Of a DNA stretch of 64,000 nucleotides, positions 39,053 through 51,729 are shown one piece after another. This DNA is from Balanoglossus misakiensis (Eukaryota; Animalia; Hemichordata): positions 186,001 through 250,000 of the forward strand of contig CM082580.2 of assembly GCA_040954595.2 (NCBI GenBank), in the 5' to 3' direction. How positions within the stretch are numbered: position 1 is the stretch's first letter; each line of letters begins with the position of its first letter. The notes under the pieces were generated by a model. It did not search any database and was not told the origin of the DNA. It saw only the letters and a list, made by a program, of their open reading frames with translations. Made by a program: the position numbers and the translations under genes.

Positions 39053-39905
39053 CCATTGAGGCCTGTATCCGTGATCTTAAGGACTGGATGACCCAAAACA
39101 AGCTTCAACTCAACGACTCCAAAAACTGAGATTCTACTTATTCGTTCACAATTTCATCACTCTGCTGATGCTATTGACAAGATTACCATTGGTTCAAGCT
39201 CTGTTCCCGTCGTTAAATCAGCTCGCAATATTGGTGTAATATTTGACAATACGCACATGTATAAAGATCACATCAAGAAAACTTGTCAATCAATATATTA
39301 CCACTTTCGCCGTGTCGGACAAATCAGGAATTTTCTTAACAAAGCAACATGTCAAACAGTGATTCATGCTATTTTGGCAGCGAAACTCGACTATGGTAAT
39401 GCATTACTGTATGGTATACCAGAACGCAGTCTGAACCTTCTACAACGCACACAAAATACAGCTGCAAGAATCATAACTCGGTCCAGGAAGTCTGCCCATA
39501 TAACGCCAGTTCTTCAACTTCTTCATTGGTTACCAGTTCGCCACAGGATAGAGTATAAAATAAATCTGCTCACATACAAAGCCTTAAATAATCTCGCTCC
39601 GAACTATATCCGCGATCTCATTCGGACATATTCTCCTGGTCGCAGGCTTCGTTCAGCTAATAAGAGCCTTTTATGCACTACAATGTACAAACGTTCTTCA
39701 TACGGTGGCCGAGCATTCTCTCATGCTGCAACGAAACTGTGGAACATTCGTCAAGCTCCAAGTTTGAGTATCTTTAAGAAAAGACTGAAGACGCATTATT
39801 TCGCAAGAGCATATGGTGTGGGCCAATGAGCACAAGCGCCTTTGAGTATGACACTTGTTATAGATACTGGCGCTATACAAATTTCTCTGATTGATTGATT
39901 GATTG
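39053..39905 (+). mobile_element. 5'-truncated L2-clade LINE fragment
   Basis: CIRDLKDWMTQNKLQLNDSK..., LDYGNALLYG, LHWLPVRHRIEYKI; (GATT)n tail; flanked by atgt/atgt. Empty site aaatgtataagg in copy A at ~19047-19058. Confidence 0.9.
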
Positions 39906-40716
39906 ATGTATAAGGTGATTTGGATGACCTCTGTCATAGAGTGCCATATCTCATCCCGTTGTACAGGTGCAGCTTTGGTATTTGGAGGGATGAAACTATC
40001 ATGAAATGCCAAATACAGGGGGATACCTTTGACACCTGCTTGATTCATGTATTACGTGCATACCTAATGTTAGGCAAAGTGAAAGGGCTGCAAATGTAGG
40101 ATTTGTTGCACAAGACATAAACAGGAATGAAATTTTTCTGTCAAATTTTTGAATGACCTCAGGTGTCCATTGACCTGCTTTCCATATGTTAGCATGCACA
40201 TCATATATAGCCACGTGTTTGGAGGGGTAGGGTAGGACCGTCATGAAATGCTAAATTCCTAGGGCCACCTGTAACTTACTTGCGTAACTCATTATTATGG
40301 CCATACCTAATTTTAAAAACCCAAAGGGCGAGAATTTTCCGTTGTCTTGAATATGAACCAAATAGGAATCCAAATTTTTGGCCCAATTTTTGGGTACCCT
40401 CAGCTGACCTTTGAAGTACTTAACTGAAGTCCTTACATAACGTAGAAGTTCACTTGTGGTTGTTGTGTTTGTACTTGTAGGACATCCATTTCGGGTGGTT
40501 GCCTACTTCCCCATATCTCCACATCCAGAGCAAATACAGCCTACGCAATTGAATGGTACAACCCTGAATGGAGTCTAATGGTTATTATCTCTATGCTTGG
40601 GCCCATTCAATGCTGCTTGCAGCTTTAATTATTACTATTATTATTGTCACGATATAAAGACACCAACTAAAAACTTACAAAATCACAATGTCTTCACAAC
40701 TCAAAATTTCACTCAC

Positions 40717-41808
40717 TTCTTTTAGTTTGGTAGCCAACCCTCCTTTCTGTCCTAGCATAACAGGAGCACCATCACTGCCCAAAGCAGACAGACGATCTCT
40801 TAAGACAATACCATTCTCTGAAGAAAACTCTTTCACTGACTGTGCAATGGTGTCTGCTCTGCCATCACCAACCTAAAACAGTGAAAATAAAACCTTGATG
40901 TTAACACATGCAATGTACAACTCAATGTTTGTCTCACCTGAAATAACTAGTCAGCAAAATCAATTAAATGAGGTCACTCAAAAACATGTTTAATCGTATG
41001 TTTTTAATTCAGTGTAGACTTAAAAATTGAAAAACTTTCCACTTACTTCTTTAACTCCAAGGAAAGACACAACTGACTTCCCAGACTTCAAGGTGTACTT
41101 GGAATAGATGATTAATTGCTTCAATACAGCCACATTAGTTGTTTTCATCTATTAACAGTGAATAGAAGTTACTTCCTTTCATCTTCTCTAAAATCTCATC
41201 ACGGATGACTTTGCCTGAAAAATGAAATAAATGAAAATTACTCTTCAGATTAAACTTATCAAAATTCACAGTAATTTGTACAGTAATTATTCTTTATTGA
41301 GTGTAACACTATTGCTTAAACAGTGATCCTTTCTTGAAAACAACCAGGTTTAAATAAATGTTACTACATTGCCTACAATTTAGATCTGCACAAAAATCAG
41401 TAGACCTACTTACCAATGCAATAAACCATTATAGTTGTGGTCATCACTGCTGAGAGTACCAAGGAATGAACACCCGAGGGACTTTGCCAATTCCAAAACA
41501 TGGATGAAGTTGGTGGTGTGCGGCAATTCTCTGTGCATGAGAAAATACATGCATCGTAGGACGCCGATGCATGAAGGCTTGCGTCTCAAAGGTGATGACC
41601 TTGTCAAATGCAGCCACAAGACCGCTGCTGTTCTCGATAACTGCTGCCTCGGCGTCAAGCTGCATTGCCGCCCGGTCGATAATCGTCTCTTCATGCTGCT
41701 TGAGTTTGTCTTCGCGAAGGGTGGTACATGTACATGGAGATGTTGTAACCCAAGTCCCTCCGCACTTGGCCTTCTGCTTGTGTTTTGTACAAAGGCGACA
41801 AAACATCC
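40717..41808 (-). pseudogene. Decayed intron-containing hAT-family (ZNF862-like) transposase gene fragment
   Basis: Exon ~41808-41414: MFCRLC...TTF-type finger; CMYFLMHRELPHTTNF. Exon 41214-41047: FYSLLIDE[fs]TTNVAVLKQL. Exon 40872-40717: DGRADTI...LGSDGAPVMLG. GT-AG sites; frameshifts present. Confidence 0.78.
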
Positions 41809-44141
41809 CTAAACTGAATAAATATCATTCTCTCAAATGCCAGCCGCATGCGGGAGCGTGCACCAGAAACAATAAATATTTACCAAGGCGGGAATGAAAA
41901 GAAAGCAGGGCGGCGCGTAAGATAGCAGGGTGGCAAAAAATAAAGGAGGGCGGGCCTGCCCAGCTAACCCCCCCCCCCAAAGTATTAACGCTCTGTGTTT
42001 ACCATAGACTAATAGTGTCTCAAATTTTACCCTGTGTGAACCTGGTAAGAGACGTGTCTCAAATCTGAGAAGATTCAGGACCACTTAAACCATTCACCAA
42101 TAATAATTTATGCCAGTATTTGATCTGAGACGTTTTAGCAATTTCTTGTGTGACCCCCATATCAGTTGAAGCTGACAAATCCAGTATTTTGAATTTTTAC
42201 ATGGATTTTGTATACAGTGTGAATTGTAATTAAAGCTCCATTACCTTTACCTTTTTCCTATGTTTTCAGTATCTTTGTTTAGCAGTTTCTTGTGCAAATT
42301 CCCGAAACATGATGAAACATATATGTGTATGGTCAGCATTGTTATTGTGCCAAATTGGAATTTAAGTCCAGACTAGAATCCATGAATTATTGTCAACAAT
42401 GACAATGGCCATTATACACATACATTCTGTGCTGACAAGTAACAATCTGTGTGGAGTAGAACATGAAATCGCATTTGCTACATAGAACAAAAATACTGGA
42501 AATAAAGCCAAAAGATACAACGAATGTATATTTAACTTTAACTGCATTCTCATTCTCATCTGTATATATTTTACTGAGATTGTTTCATCAGGGTTTATCA
42601 GTATTCTAAACCAGCTTATGTGTGCATACAATCTGATTAAAATCAGATGTAGGGTACGGCGACGTCTTTTACTTCGCAGTACGGTATTCTTATACTGTCG
42701 CCTCACACTACATCTGACCAACTCCCATAGAAGCTACCGTTGAAAACTCTAGTAAACCAATCAGACGGTGCCTTATAGAGAACTTTAGGTATCCTTCAGT
42801 TTTGATTGACATAACGTGCAATCTGATTGGCTTGGCCGCAACGGGACGTTGAACAAGCTTCTATATCTGATTCATATAATACTGAAAGGGTTAAGAATGG
42901 CACACACTACATGTATGAGCTCATGGAATGTGTTTCTTCCCATAGGATAACATTAAGAATTGATAGAAAACCCTTTTCTACTATTGTAATTTTAAGAAGT
43001 TTCACTCATAACTCATCCAAATGAAATTAAATTGAGTGATTCATATAAGTTGTAGGCTCACCACTGTGCTCAGTTTTGAGATAAACTTAAATGTGTCCAT
43101 GCCTATAGAAAAATAACATAGAAAGACCTATGGTGAAAAATGTTGACTTTAATTCAGGCTGCATTAGTGGAAAAATAATCATACTTTGTCTGGCATAGAA
43201 ACTCAGAATCTACAAAAAAGGCCTTTAAAACATGAATGGAAATGAAAATACTGCTACAATAAGAAATTCTTACCTTGAATAAAGTATTTATTGGTACCAC
43301 CACTTCCATAAAGAAACCACTTTGCTGGTGTAATGAGTTGTCAATCTGGGTTTGCTCATTGGCCTTGCTTTGAGTTCCAATTCATGATGATGGTGTATTA
43401 GGACACTGGACTTGAAACAGGTGTATGCTGGTATTATACACGTTGAAAGTATTGTCATTCTTTTAATTGTGGATTTTTGGATTATGCTGTGTATGTATAA
43501 TGAGAATTCGTTAAAAATTGTAGGGGTCATTGCCCTTTTTAAAAAAAATACAGAGCCATGAATTTAGTTGATAATAGAAGAAATTTGCTGTCTCAGCATT
43601 TTTCACCAATGGTTTGTCTATGGGCGAAGATTTTAACGCAATTTATCTCATAATAGAGCTTGGTGACCACATAATTTTTTTTGACCAATGAATTTACGTT
43701 TACTTGACTGAGCTATGTGTAAAATTTCGTGAAAAAGACAATAGTAGAAGTTTGTTTTCTGGCAATTATCGATGTAATCCTTTCAGGAACAGACACACAT
43801 GCACTGTTTATCAGTTTATGTTGTGCGTGTACATCCTTAAATGGTATTTGCCTCTCATGCCTTCCAAATTGTGATTCTGTTCTAGTGTTTTTGTTAAGGG
43901 CGGTACCTAGATAAAATCTACCGGAGTACCCCAGTCACTCCGAATTAAAACAACAGAACAAGGCCAATGTCACAGTGGTCAGGCAGTCTACCAGAGTTCC
44001 CCAGTCATTTTACCGGGGTTCCCCTGGGTGTATCAATGTGGTTATATTAGGAGGTTATAGGAATATTAACGGGGTTCCCAAATCCATTACCAGTGTTCCC
44101 CGACCTTTGCAAAAACACTGTGTTCTTTTTATCCTCCACAG

Positions 44142-44630
44142 GAAGAGACAAAGAAAAGCATAGCAACCTCTGCTGATACTGCCACAACAAGCACAAGCAC
44201 AAACACACCCCAGCCTGTAGCTTCTGCGAACCAACAACCCCCACCCTATCCAGCCGCAGCATACCAGCAACACTTCCAGCAGATGTCATACCCGAACCCA
44301 TTCGTGTCTCAGTACGCTGCGTTTGCAGGAGCCGGACAGCCGCCACGACACAGAGATGCGGCATCGAACAACGACAACACCGTTCAACCGCCAGCCGATG
44401 CAACACCCCAGGCAGATGTCAACACTCCCCTAGCACCAGAACCTGCAACTGCCAACACAGAAAACACCCCCAGAGAAATGCCAATGACAATGCTACCACA
44501 GAGACAAACATACGACAAAGAAATGTCAGCCAGCAAGGGTATGAGCAACCCAGAAGAAGAAACGACACACTATCAAATCAGAATAATCGCCAGATACGTC
44601 AGCAAGAAAATAGTAATTCTTTCGTGTTGA
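44142..44630 (+). CDS. Putative orphan low-complexity (T/P/Q/A-rich) coding exon, product unknown
   Basis: Acceptor tttttatcctccacag|GAA at 44142, open frame to 44630 (includes ORF 44283); GC-richer than flanks; no domain recognised. Confidence 0.35.
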   Translation, partial: EETKKSIATSADTATTSTSTNTPQPVASANQQPPPYPAAAYQQHFQQMSYPNPFVSQYAAFAGAGQPPRHRDAASNNDNTVQPPADATPQADVNTPLAPEPATANTENTPREMPMTMLPQRQTYDKEMSASKGMSNPEEETTHYQIRIIARYVSKKIVILSC

Positions 44631-45340
44631 TAGTGCTGTTGAGTCTAGCCTTAGCAGCTCTTATGTTGAGACGATTATTCATTACATACGAGTTTAAATT
44701 TGATTATAATGTGTAGTTTATGAAAATATTTAATTAATTCACAACTGATGACAGGTCAAATGTTATTATTTTCCTCGAGTTTTCATACACATCTGGAATG
44801 TTGTCTATATCTTAACAAAAACTATTGTTTAAAAGTCCTGGTGAAAAATCAAGCCAGCCATTATTTATTGTATTGAAATAGATGGGGGGAGGCACAATGA
44901 AAATGGCATATGTTTAGCCTATAGATTTCTGGAAACCACTGGTGAACTCGCTGATAGTACTGAGCAATCTGAATGATATGAACATAGTGGTTATTTGGTT
45001 GTAGATACAAGACCTCTCTGCAAAATTTTCCTCAAAGAGGTTTTAAATCCGTAACCAAATATAAGCGCACACCATTTATAATGTCATTATATATAATATG
45101 ATTTTGTGTGATAAAAAATCTGATGTTTGGATTTTAAGTATTACATGCCAGAAAGGCCTCGTTGCTCACTGCTCATGAAAATGCCACTTGTACAAACATG
45201 TTCTAGAATTTCTTAAGTAGAGCGCCCTGATGCCCATGACCAATCCAAGTTAATAAATTGTGTTCTATTCAGATGCATTCTCTTTTGTGTATTTTATTTC
45301 AGTTATTTACTGTTCAGGTCTTCTAGTAGAGAATGTTATG

Positions 45341-45736
45341 ACAGAACCCCATGGCTCGATCGTGCAAGCACGGCGTAACGGTAGTATTTGCATCGAGTGT
45401 CTGGCGGTGTATTCTTGCGCCCGTCCCCCGCACTCGCTGTCGCTCGTGCGGGGGGCAGCAAGAATACACCGCCAGCACGAGTGCAAATACTACCGGTACG
45501 CCGTGCTTGCACGATTGAGCCATGGGGTTCTGTTTTTATTACATATGTTCATCCCATTTTGAAAAAAAGACCGAAAATGAAAGAAATGAGACCGCGGAAT
45601 GATATTGCTTGTTTCGTGAACAGGCCACTCATTTGCATACAGGTATAGCATAATGTTTTTGGTATTGCACTGAGTGCAAATACCGATGTTACGCGCGCGC
45701 TCGGTGCAAGTAATCGACGGTACATATGTAATAAAA
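45341..45736. mobile_element. Hairpin-ended non-autonomous element (same architecture as 2203-2862)
   Basis: Palindrome 45341-45533 (apex gcactcgctgtcgctcgtgc), then ttttattacatatg...catatgtaataaaa. Confidence 0.6.
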
Positions 45737-47293
45737 ACCCTTGCTTCAACCAATTACAGAGCTTCAATCAGACCAAGTAAACCCTGGTATTATAAATTTA
45801 TGATCTATGTTATACATGTATAGGACATTTTGTCTTTCACCATGTTTACACTGGGTAAAATGAGAAACATTTCAGATACCAGGTTCAGGCAGGGAAAAAT
45901 TTGAGACACTATTTGCCTATGGTAAACACAGAGCATTAATCCTTTGAGTCGTTTGTGTCCACACACACAAAGTTTATGTATAGGCACTGCGAGGCTCGGC
46001 CCCATAGACAATGGGTTGCGAAGAGGTGTTAATCATTACACCGGATCAGGTCTGGCTGGCAAAACCGTCTCAAATCTGAAACGTTCCAGGAAGACTTTAA
46101 TTGTTCACAAAGTATTTTTTATGTCAATGTTTGAGTTGAGATGTTTCAGAAAACTTTCAATGGTCCCTATGTGAATGCCCTATTTTTAGTTCCTTTGTGT
46201 TGTATGTACAAACACATACAAGTTTCAGCTTTAGGGATCAGTCAGAGCATATTATCAAGCAGTCTGTCTATCGGTTGCTATGTGTGTGTGTGTCTCATCT
46301 CCACAAAAAATATGTAGCACTACATGTACTTCATGAATCACAATATACACACAGTGACTGGCTGTGAGGGTAACATGTGGATGACATGATGGTGTTATAA
46401 TGCTATTAAGTGCAAATGTAAAACCTGGACTACAGGCAAGATTTTTGAAAGGACGGTAAATGTTGATGCAAAGAATGTTTGAGTCAGCCTATGCACGTGA
46501 ACTCAAATATACAGAAAAATTTACAAATCTTAAAGTAACATTTTCGTATGGAATTGTGTACTTTTGAAAATCATTTCAAAATCATGTTATAGACTTGTTG
46601 AAAGACTGTTGACTACATCTGATTAAAAAGAAACATGAAATTCAAGCAATAACCAGTTTTTTACTTCTCTCTTGTACATAATCATCATGACATGATCAAT
46701 AGGTCATTGTCATGATCCCTATGTGACTTCTTGACTTGCATATTCATTGGAATGAATCCTCTATTTTGAATTAAAACTCTGTAAGTGCCAATAATATTCA
46801 CTAATTTGAATTCCCATTTTGATCTATTTTTTGAAAAACTTTTCGCCATGTATAGCTCGCACTATTTCTACAAAACAGGGACAAATTGGCTGAATTTCCA
46901 ATGTTGTGTTAACTGTTTTATTAATCATGAGGAAAAAGCGCCGGGCTTATAACTTCCACGGGCGCGCCCAACATTATTTGGGCGATACCATTTTGTGGTA
47001 GGTGTCACTGGCAAACATGCACCGGACTTCTGATTTATATACTACATGTACTAGGGTCTCACTTGTTGCAACAGTGTTAAAGAAATCAAACGGTTTTGTT
47101 TTGGCCGGTAAACACCGATGGATTCACTCTTAAGTCCATCGTGCATCCAAACGCAGTCGAGTCGGTTTGGTCATTGTTTATGCGACAGTAAATGCCAAAT
47201 GTGACAGAAGCATCATATTAAATGAGATAGAATACACAAACAAACAAAGATACGAATAAACAAACAGGCAAACAAACAAACAAACAACCATGA

Positions 47294-47546
47294 AGGACTG
47301 TTCAGAATTTACTTCCAAGTTGGGGATGGAGGATTTTTTATTTTCCTGGTGATTTTTTCCCATGGTCTCCCCTAGTAAATTGTGGAGGAAATATGTGGTC
47401 CCCCCTTAAATTTCCTGGGGATTTTCCATGGTCCCCCTATTGTGACTTTTATGTCTAGTCTCCCCTAATTTGTCTTGGAGAAAATGGGTGGTCCCCCCCC
47501 CCTCTGAAAATTCTCCGCCCCCTGGAAGTAAATTCTGAACAGTCCC
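47294..47546. mobile_element. PIF/Harbinger-like MITE
   Basis: TIRs ggactgttcagaatttacttcca / tggaagtaaattctgaacagtcc; right end ccc|tta; internal ggtcccccc repeats. Confidence 0.6.
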
Positions 47547-47650
47547 TTATTAAAGCCAACAGCTAGCACCCTGGCTTCTCTGCCAGAGGAGCGATAACAT
47601 CGACAAAATGCAGATACACAAGAAATGAGCACTTTATTCCACAAGTGAAG

Positions 47651-50600
47651 TAGTCTGTTCCCTGCCCCATTCCCACCGCTGGCTGCGCCCTTGAGCGTAG
47701 CGCCGATGGCAGTGGGAATGGGGCAGGGGACCTAGTCCAGGAGCTAGATGCCGTTAATCAGAATTTTTGGTAAGGAAGGTTTGAGAGGTCCATTCTATGT
47801 AAAAAATGGTGCTGATTCCAAAAATGTCAGTCTTATTGACCCCACTCAAGACAAAATTGCCATTTTGGCCATTTTTAACCCAAAAATGGTGTTTTTTTAG
47901 AAAACACTAAAAACACACTGTTTTCGTCACATTCTAAGATCTGATGACATATGATATGCCTATTCTATGTAAAATTTGGTGAATATTACGAAAAAAATAG
48001 TTCGATTGACCCAATACAACAGAAAATTGCCTTTTTGACCATTTTTTGCCAAAAAAACGTCATTTTTAGAAAAAAATTAAAAAACACGGTTTTCTTCATA
48101 ATAGTTGATCTGGTGATATATGGAAAGTCAATTCTATGTTAAAAGTGGTGACTTTAAAAAAAAAAGCAGTCTTTTTGACCTCAATCAATACAAAAATGCC
48201 ATTTTTGGCCACTTTTTGAGGTCAAAAAAGGTCATTTTTACAAAAAAAACTAAAAATAAATTGTGTTTTTCATATTCAGAGATCATTGGATATATGAAGT
48301 GTCCATTCTATGTAAAAAACGGTGCTGATTTCAGAAATAGCAGTCTTATTGACCCTACTCAAGAAAAAAAATGCCATTTTTGCCACTTTTTGCCCCAAAA
48401 CGTCATTTTTAGAAAACACTCAAAATTTATATATTTTCTTCACTTATATGCCCATCCTATGTAAAACTTGGTGATTATTCCAAAAAAGCAGATTTATTGA
48501 CCCAACCTAATGCAAAAATGCCCTTTTGGAAAGTTATTACCCAAAAAGGCCGTTTTTAGAAAAAAAAATTAAAAACAAACTTTTCTTCATAAAGCTCAGA
48601 GATCATGTGATATATGAAGTGTTCAACCTATGTAAAAAATGGTGCTAATTCCAGAAATAGCAGTCTTATTGATCCTACTCAAGAAAAAATGCCATTTTTG
48701 CCACTTTTTGCCCCAAAAACGTCATTTTCAGAAAACACTCAAAATTTATATATTTTCTTCACTTTCGGAGATCTGATAATGTATTATATGCCCACTTTAT
48801 GTGAAAAATTTCCAAAAAAGCAGTTTTATTGATGCCACCCAAGATAAAAGTGCCCTTTGGCAAGTTTTTGCCCAAAAAGTGTCATTTCTAGAAAACACCC
48901 AAAACTTTTATATTTTCTTCACTTTCGGAGATGATGATGTATTATGTACCCACTCTATGTGAAAAAATTCAAAAAAAAATTACTAGCGCCACTCAAGAAA
49001 ACAGTGCTTTTTTGACAAGTTTTTGCCCAAAAAGCCACTTTTCGAAAATCATTATAAACAAACTGTTTGATTCTTATTTGGAGATTCTATGATGTGTGAA
49101 AAGTACATTTATTGTAAAATAGGTGTTGATTCCAGAAATGCAGTCTTAATGACCTCAACCATGACGAAATCACCTTTTTGGCTAAGTTTTGCACAAAATT
49201 GTTATTTTTAAGAATATATTAATAAGCATTCTCTTTTCTTCACTTTCGGTGATCTTATTATAAATAAAAGCCCATTCTATATTGAAACGTGGTTACTGTT
49301 CCAAAAACGGAAGTCTTACTTACCCTATTCAATTGAAATTTGTAATTTCGGCCACTTTTTTGGTCAAAAATGTTCATTAAAAACAAACAAACTAAAGACA
49401 AATTGTTTTCTCCATATTCAGAGATCTGATCATGTATGAAAAGTCCATTCTGTGTAAAATTTGGTGACTATTCCAAAAACGGCACTCTGGTTGTCAAAAT
49501 TGCCTTTTTTGCTATTTGTAGCCAAAAATAGATCTACTCAAGAAAAAATTATCATTTTAGCCATTTTGTACCGAAAAAATGTTTGTATTTGGAGTTTTTG
49601 CAAAATTAGCCCAAGTTGAACTCATAATGATGATGAAACAGCGTCGAGAGGAAAAGAAGTTACGAATGGAACAAAACTCGCGTCAATGAATGTAAACACG
49701 CCGCCCGGGACCAAGCTCTAAACATGATACAGATGACAAAAGAAAGGCATTGCACATTGCCCAAATATTCCCATACAGCAGTTCCAAATTAAAACGTCAA
49801 GGGTTTTATGTTTATTTAGTTTAAACCCACATTTTCCCTGCTGCGTGCTAGTTCAGGGGCCAGTTTTAGCAGTGCTCTATTGAGTATTCTAGCATCGTTG
49901 CACTCCTGTCCAATCAGTATGATATAAATTATAATATAATTTCTGATTTTGTATTCAGATTGAAGAGAATAAATTTCAACACTCTCTCCCGAGCTGGCAT
50001 ATCTGAACCTAAATATTCCACACCACGCATAATCGACTTATAGTAGACAGTGCGTATACATGGATCATCTTATTGTTAAGTTCAGTTTTGGGCTAAATTT
50101 GCCAAATTGTGGCAACCCTGTCTTTCAATATCATCAATTTAATTGACATTATATGGTTATGGCGTTTTAAATATGCATATACAACATCAGAACACAAAAG
50201 GCAAAAACATCAATTATATTTGTTTTCTGAAAATGCCTATTGTTGACCAAAAGATGGCTAAATGGCAATTTTGTACTGAGCGGGGTGTCTCAATAAGACC
50301 GTTGTGCTGGTATCAGCATATTTTTGCACACACACACACACAAAAAACGAATTTACATACATCACAAGGGCTCTGAATATTAAGGAATAAGTTTGTATTT
50401 ATTTTTTCTAACAGTTACCTTTTTGAGCAAAGAGGCCAAAATGATATTTTTTTCCCTCAGTGGGGTCAGTAAGAGTGGGTTTTTTAGTACTTTTATTTAT
50501 CATTTGATCACCAATGGGAAGAAAATGGCATAATTTTCGTATTTTCTAGAAATGACACTTTTTGGGCAAAAACTTGCCAAAAAGGCACTTTTATCTTGAG

Positions 50601-51729
50601 TGGCATCAATAAAACTGCTTTTTTGGAAATTTTTCACATACAGTGGGCATATAATTCATTATCAGATCTCCGAAAGTGAAGAAAATATATAAATTTTGAG
50701 TGTTTTCTGAAAATGACGTTTTGGGGGCAAAAAGTGGCAAAATGGCATTTTTTCTTGAGTAGGATCAATAAGACTGCTATTTCTGGAATCAGCACCATTT
50801 TTTACATAGGATGAACATTTCATATATCACATGATCTCTGAGCTTTATGAAGAAAAGTTTGTTTTTAAATTTTTTTCTAAAAATGGCCTTTTTGGGCAAA
50901 AACTTTCCAAAAGGGCATTTTTGCATTAGGTTGGGTCAATAAATCTGCTTTTTTCGAATAATCACCAGATTTTACATAGGGTGGGCATATAATACATTAT
51001 CAGATCTCCGAAAGTGAAGAAAATATATAAATTTTGTGTGTTTTCTGAAAATGACGTTTTGGGGCAAAAAGTGGCAAAAATGGCATTTTTTCTTGAGTAG
51101 GGTCAATAAGACTGCTATTTCTGGAATCAGCACCATTTTTTACATAGAATGGACATTTCATATATCCAATGATCTCTGAATATGATAAACACAATTTATT
51201 TTTAGTTTTTTTGTAAAAATGACCTTTTTTGACCACAAAAAGTGGCCAAAAATGGCATTTTTGTATTGATTGAGGTCAAAAAGACTGCTTTATTTTTTAA
51301 AGTCACCACTTTTAACATAGAATTGACTTTCCATATATCACCAGATCAATCATTATGAAGAAAACCGTGTGTTTTATTTTTTTTCTAAAAATGACGTTTT
51401 TGGGGCAAAAATTGGTCAAAAAGGCAATTTTCTGTTGTTTTGGGTCAATCGAACTACTTTTTTCGTAATATTCACCAAATTTTACATAGAATAAGCATAT
51501 CATATGTTATCAGATCTCAGAATGTGACGAAAACAATGTGTTTTTAGTGTTTTCTAAAAAAGACCATTTTGGGGTTAAAAATGGCCAAAATGGCAATTTT
51601 GTCTTGAGTGGGGTTAATAAGACTGACTTTTTTGGAATGAGCACCATTTTTTACATAGAATGGACTTCTCAAACCTTCCTTACCAAAAATTCTGATTAAC
51701 GGCACCTATCTCATAGTGTAACCAGACTA
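47651..51729. mobile_element. 88-bp hairpin MITE (TAG...CTA ends, 9-bp TSD; AcademH-like) split by a 4-kb insertion
   Basis: caagtgaag|tagtctg... and ...cagacta|caagtgaag (47642-47650 and 51730-51738). Confidence 0.72.
47733..51720. mobile_element. ~4-kb non-coding foldback element with >1.1-kb inverted arms built of ~165-bp subrepeats; 3-bp TSD (Academ-like)
   Basis: ~47741-48895 is the reverse complement of ~50542-51712; flanks acc|tagtccaggag... and ...ctcatagtgta|acc. Confidence 0.78.

Larger units (their letters stand above)
30716..40039 (+). repeat. Segmental duplication copy B
   Basis: Matches 9915-19182. Extra inserts at 37144-37719 and 39053-39905; lacks copy-A segments ~12999-13187 and ~17140-18347. 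Confidence 0.95.

Noticed and set aside
42362-42721. ORF with a hydrophobic stretch as the missing signal-peptide exon of the lectin/CUB gene
   Set aside because: Its likely donor is phase 1 while exon 13129 needs phase 0. Another frame gives a CxxC motif that could be a transposase relic. Unresolvable by eye.
47951-51503. Short ORFs in the foldback arms
   Set aside because: Mirror-image translations of AT-rich subrepeats with no domain motifs.
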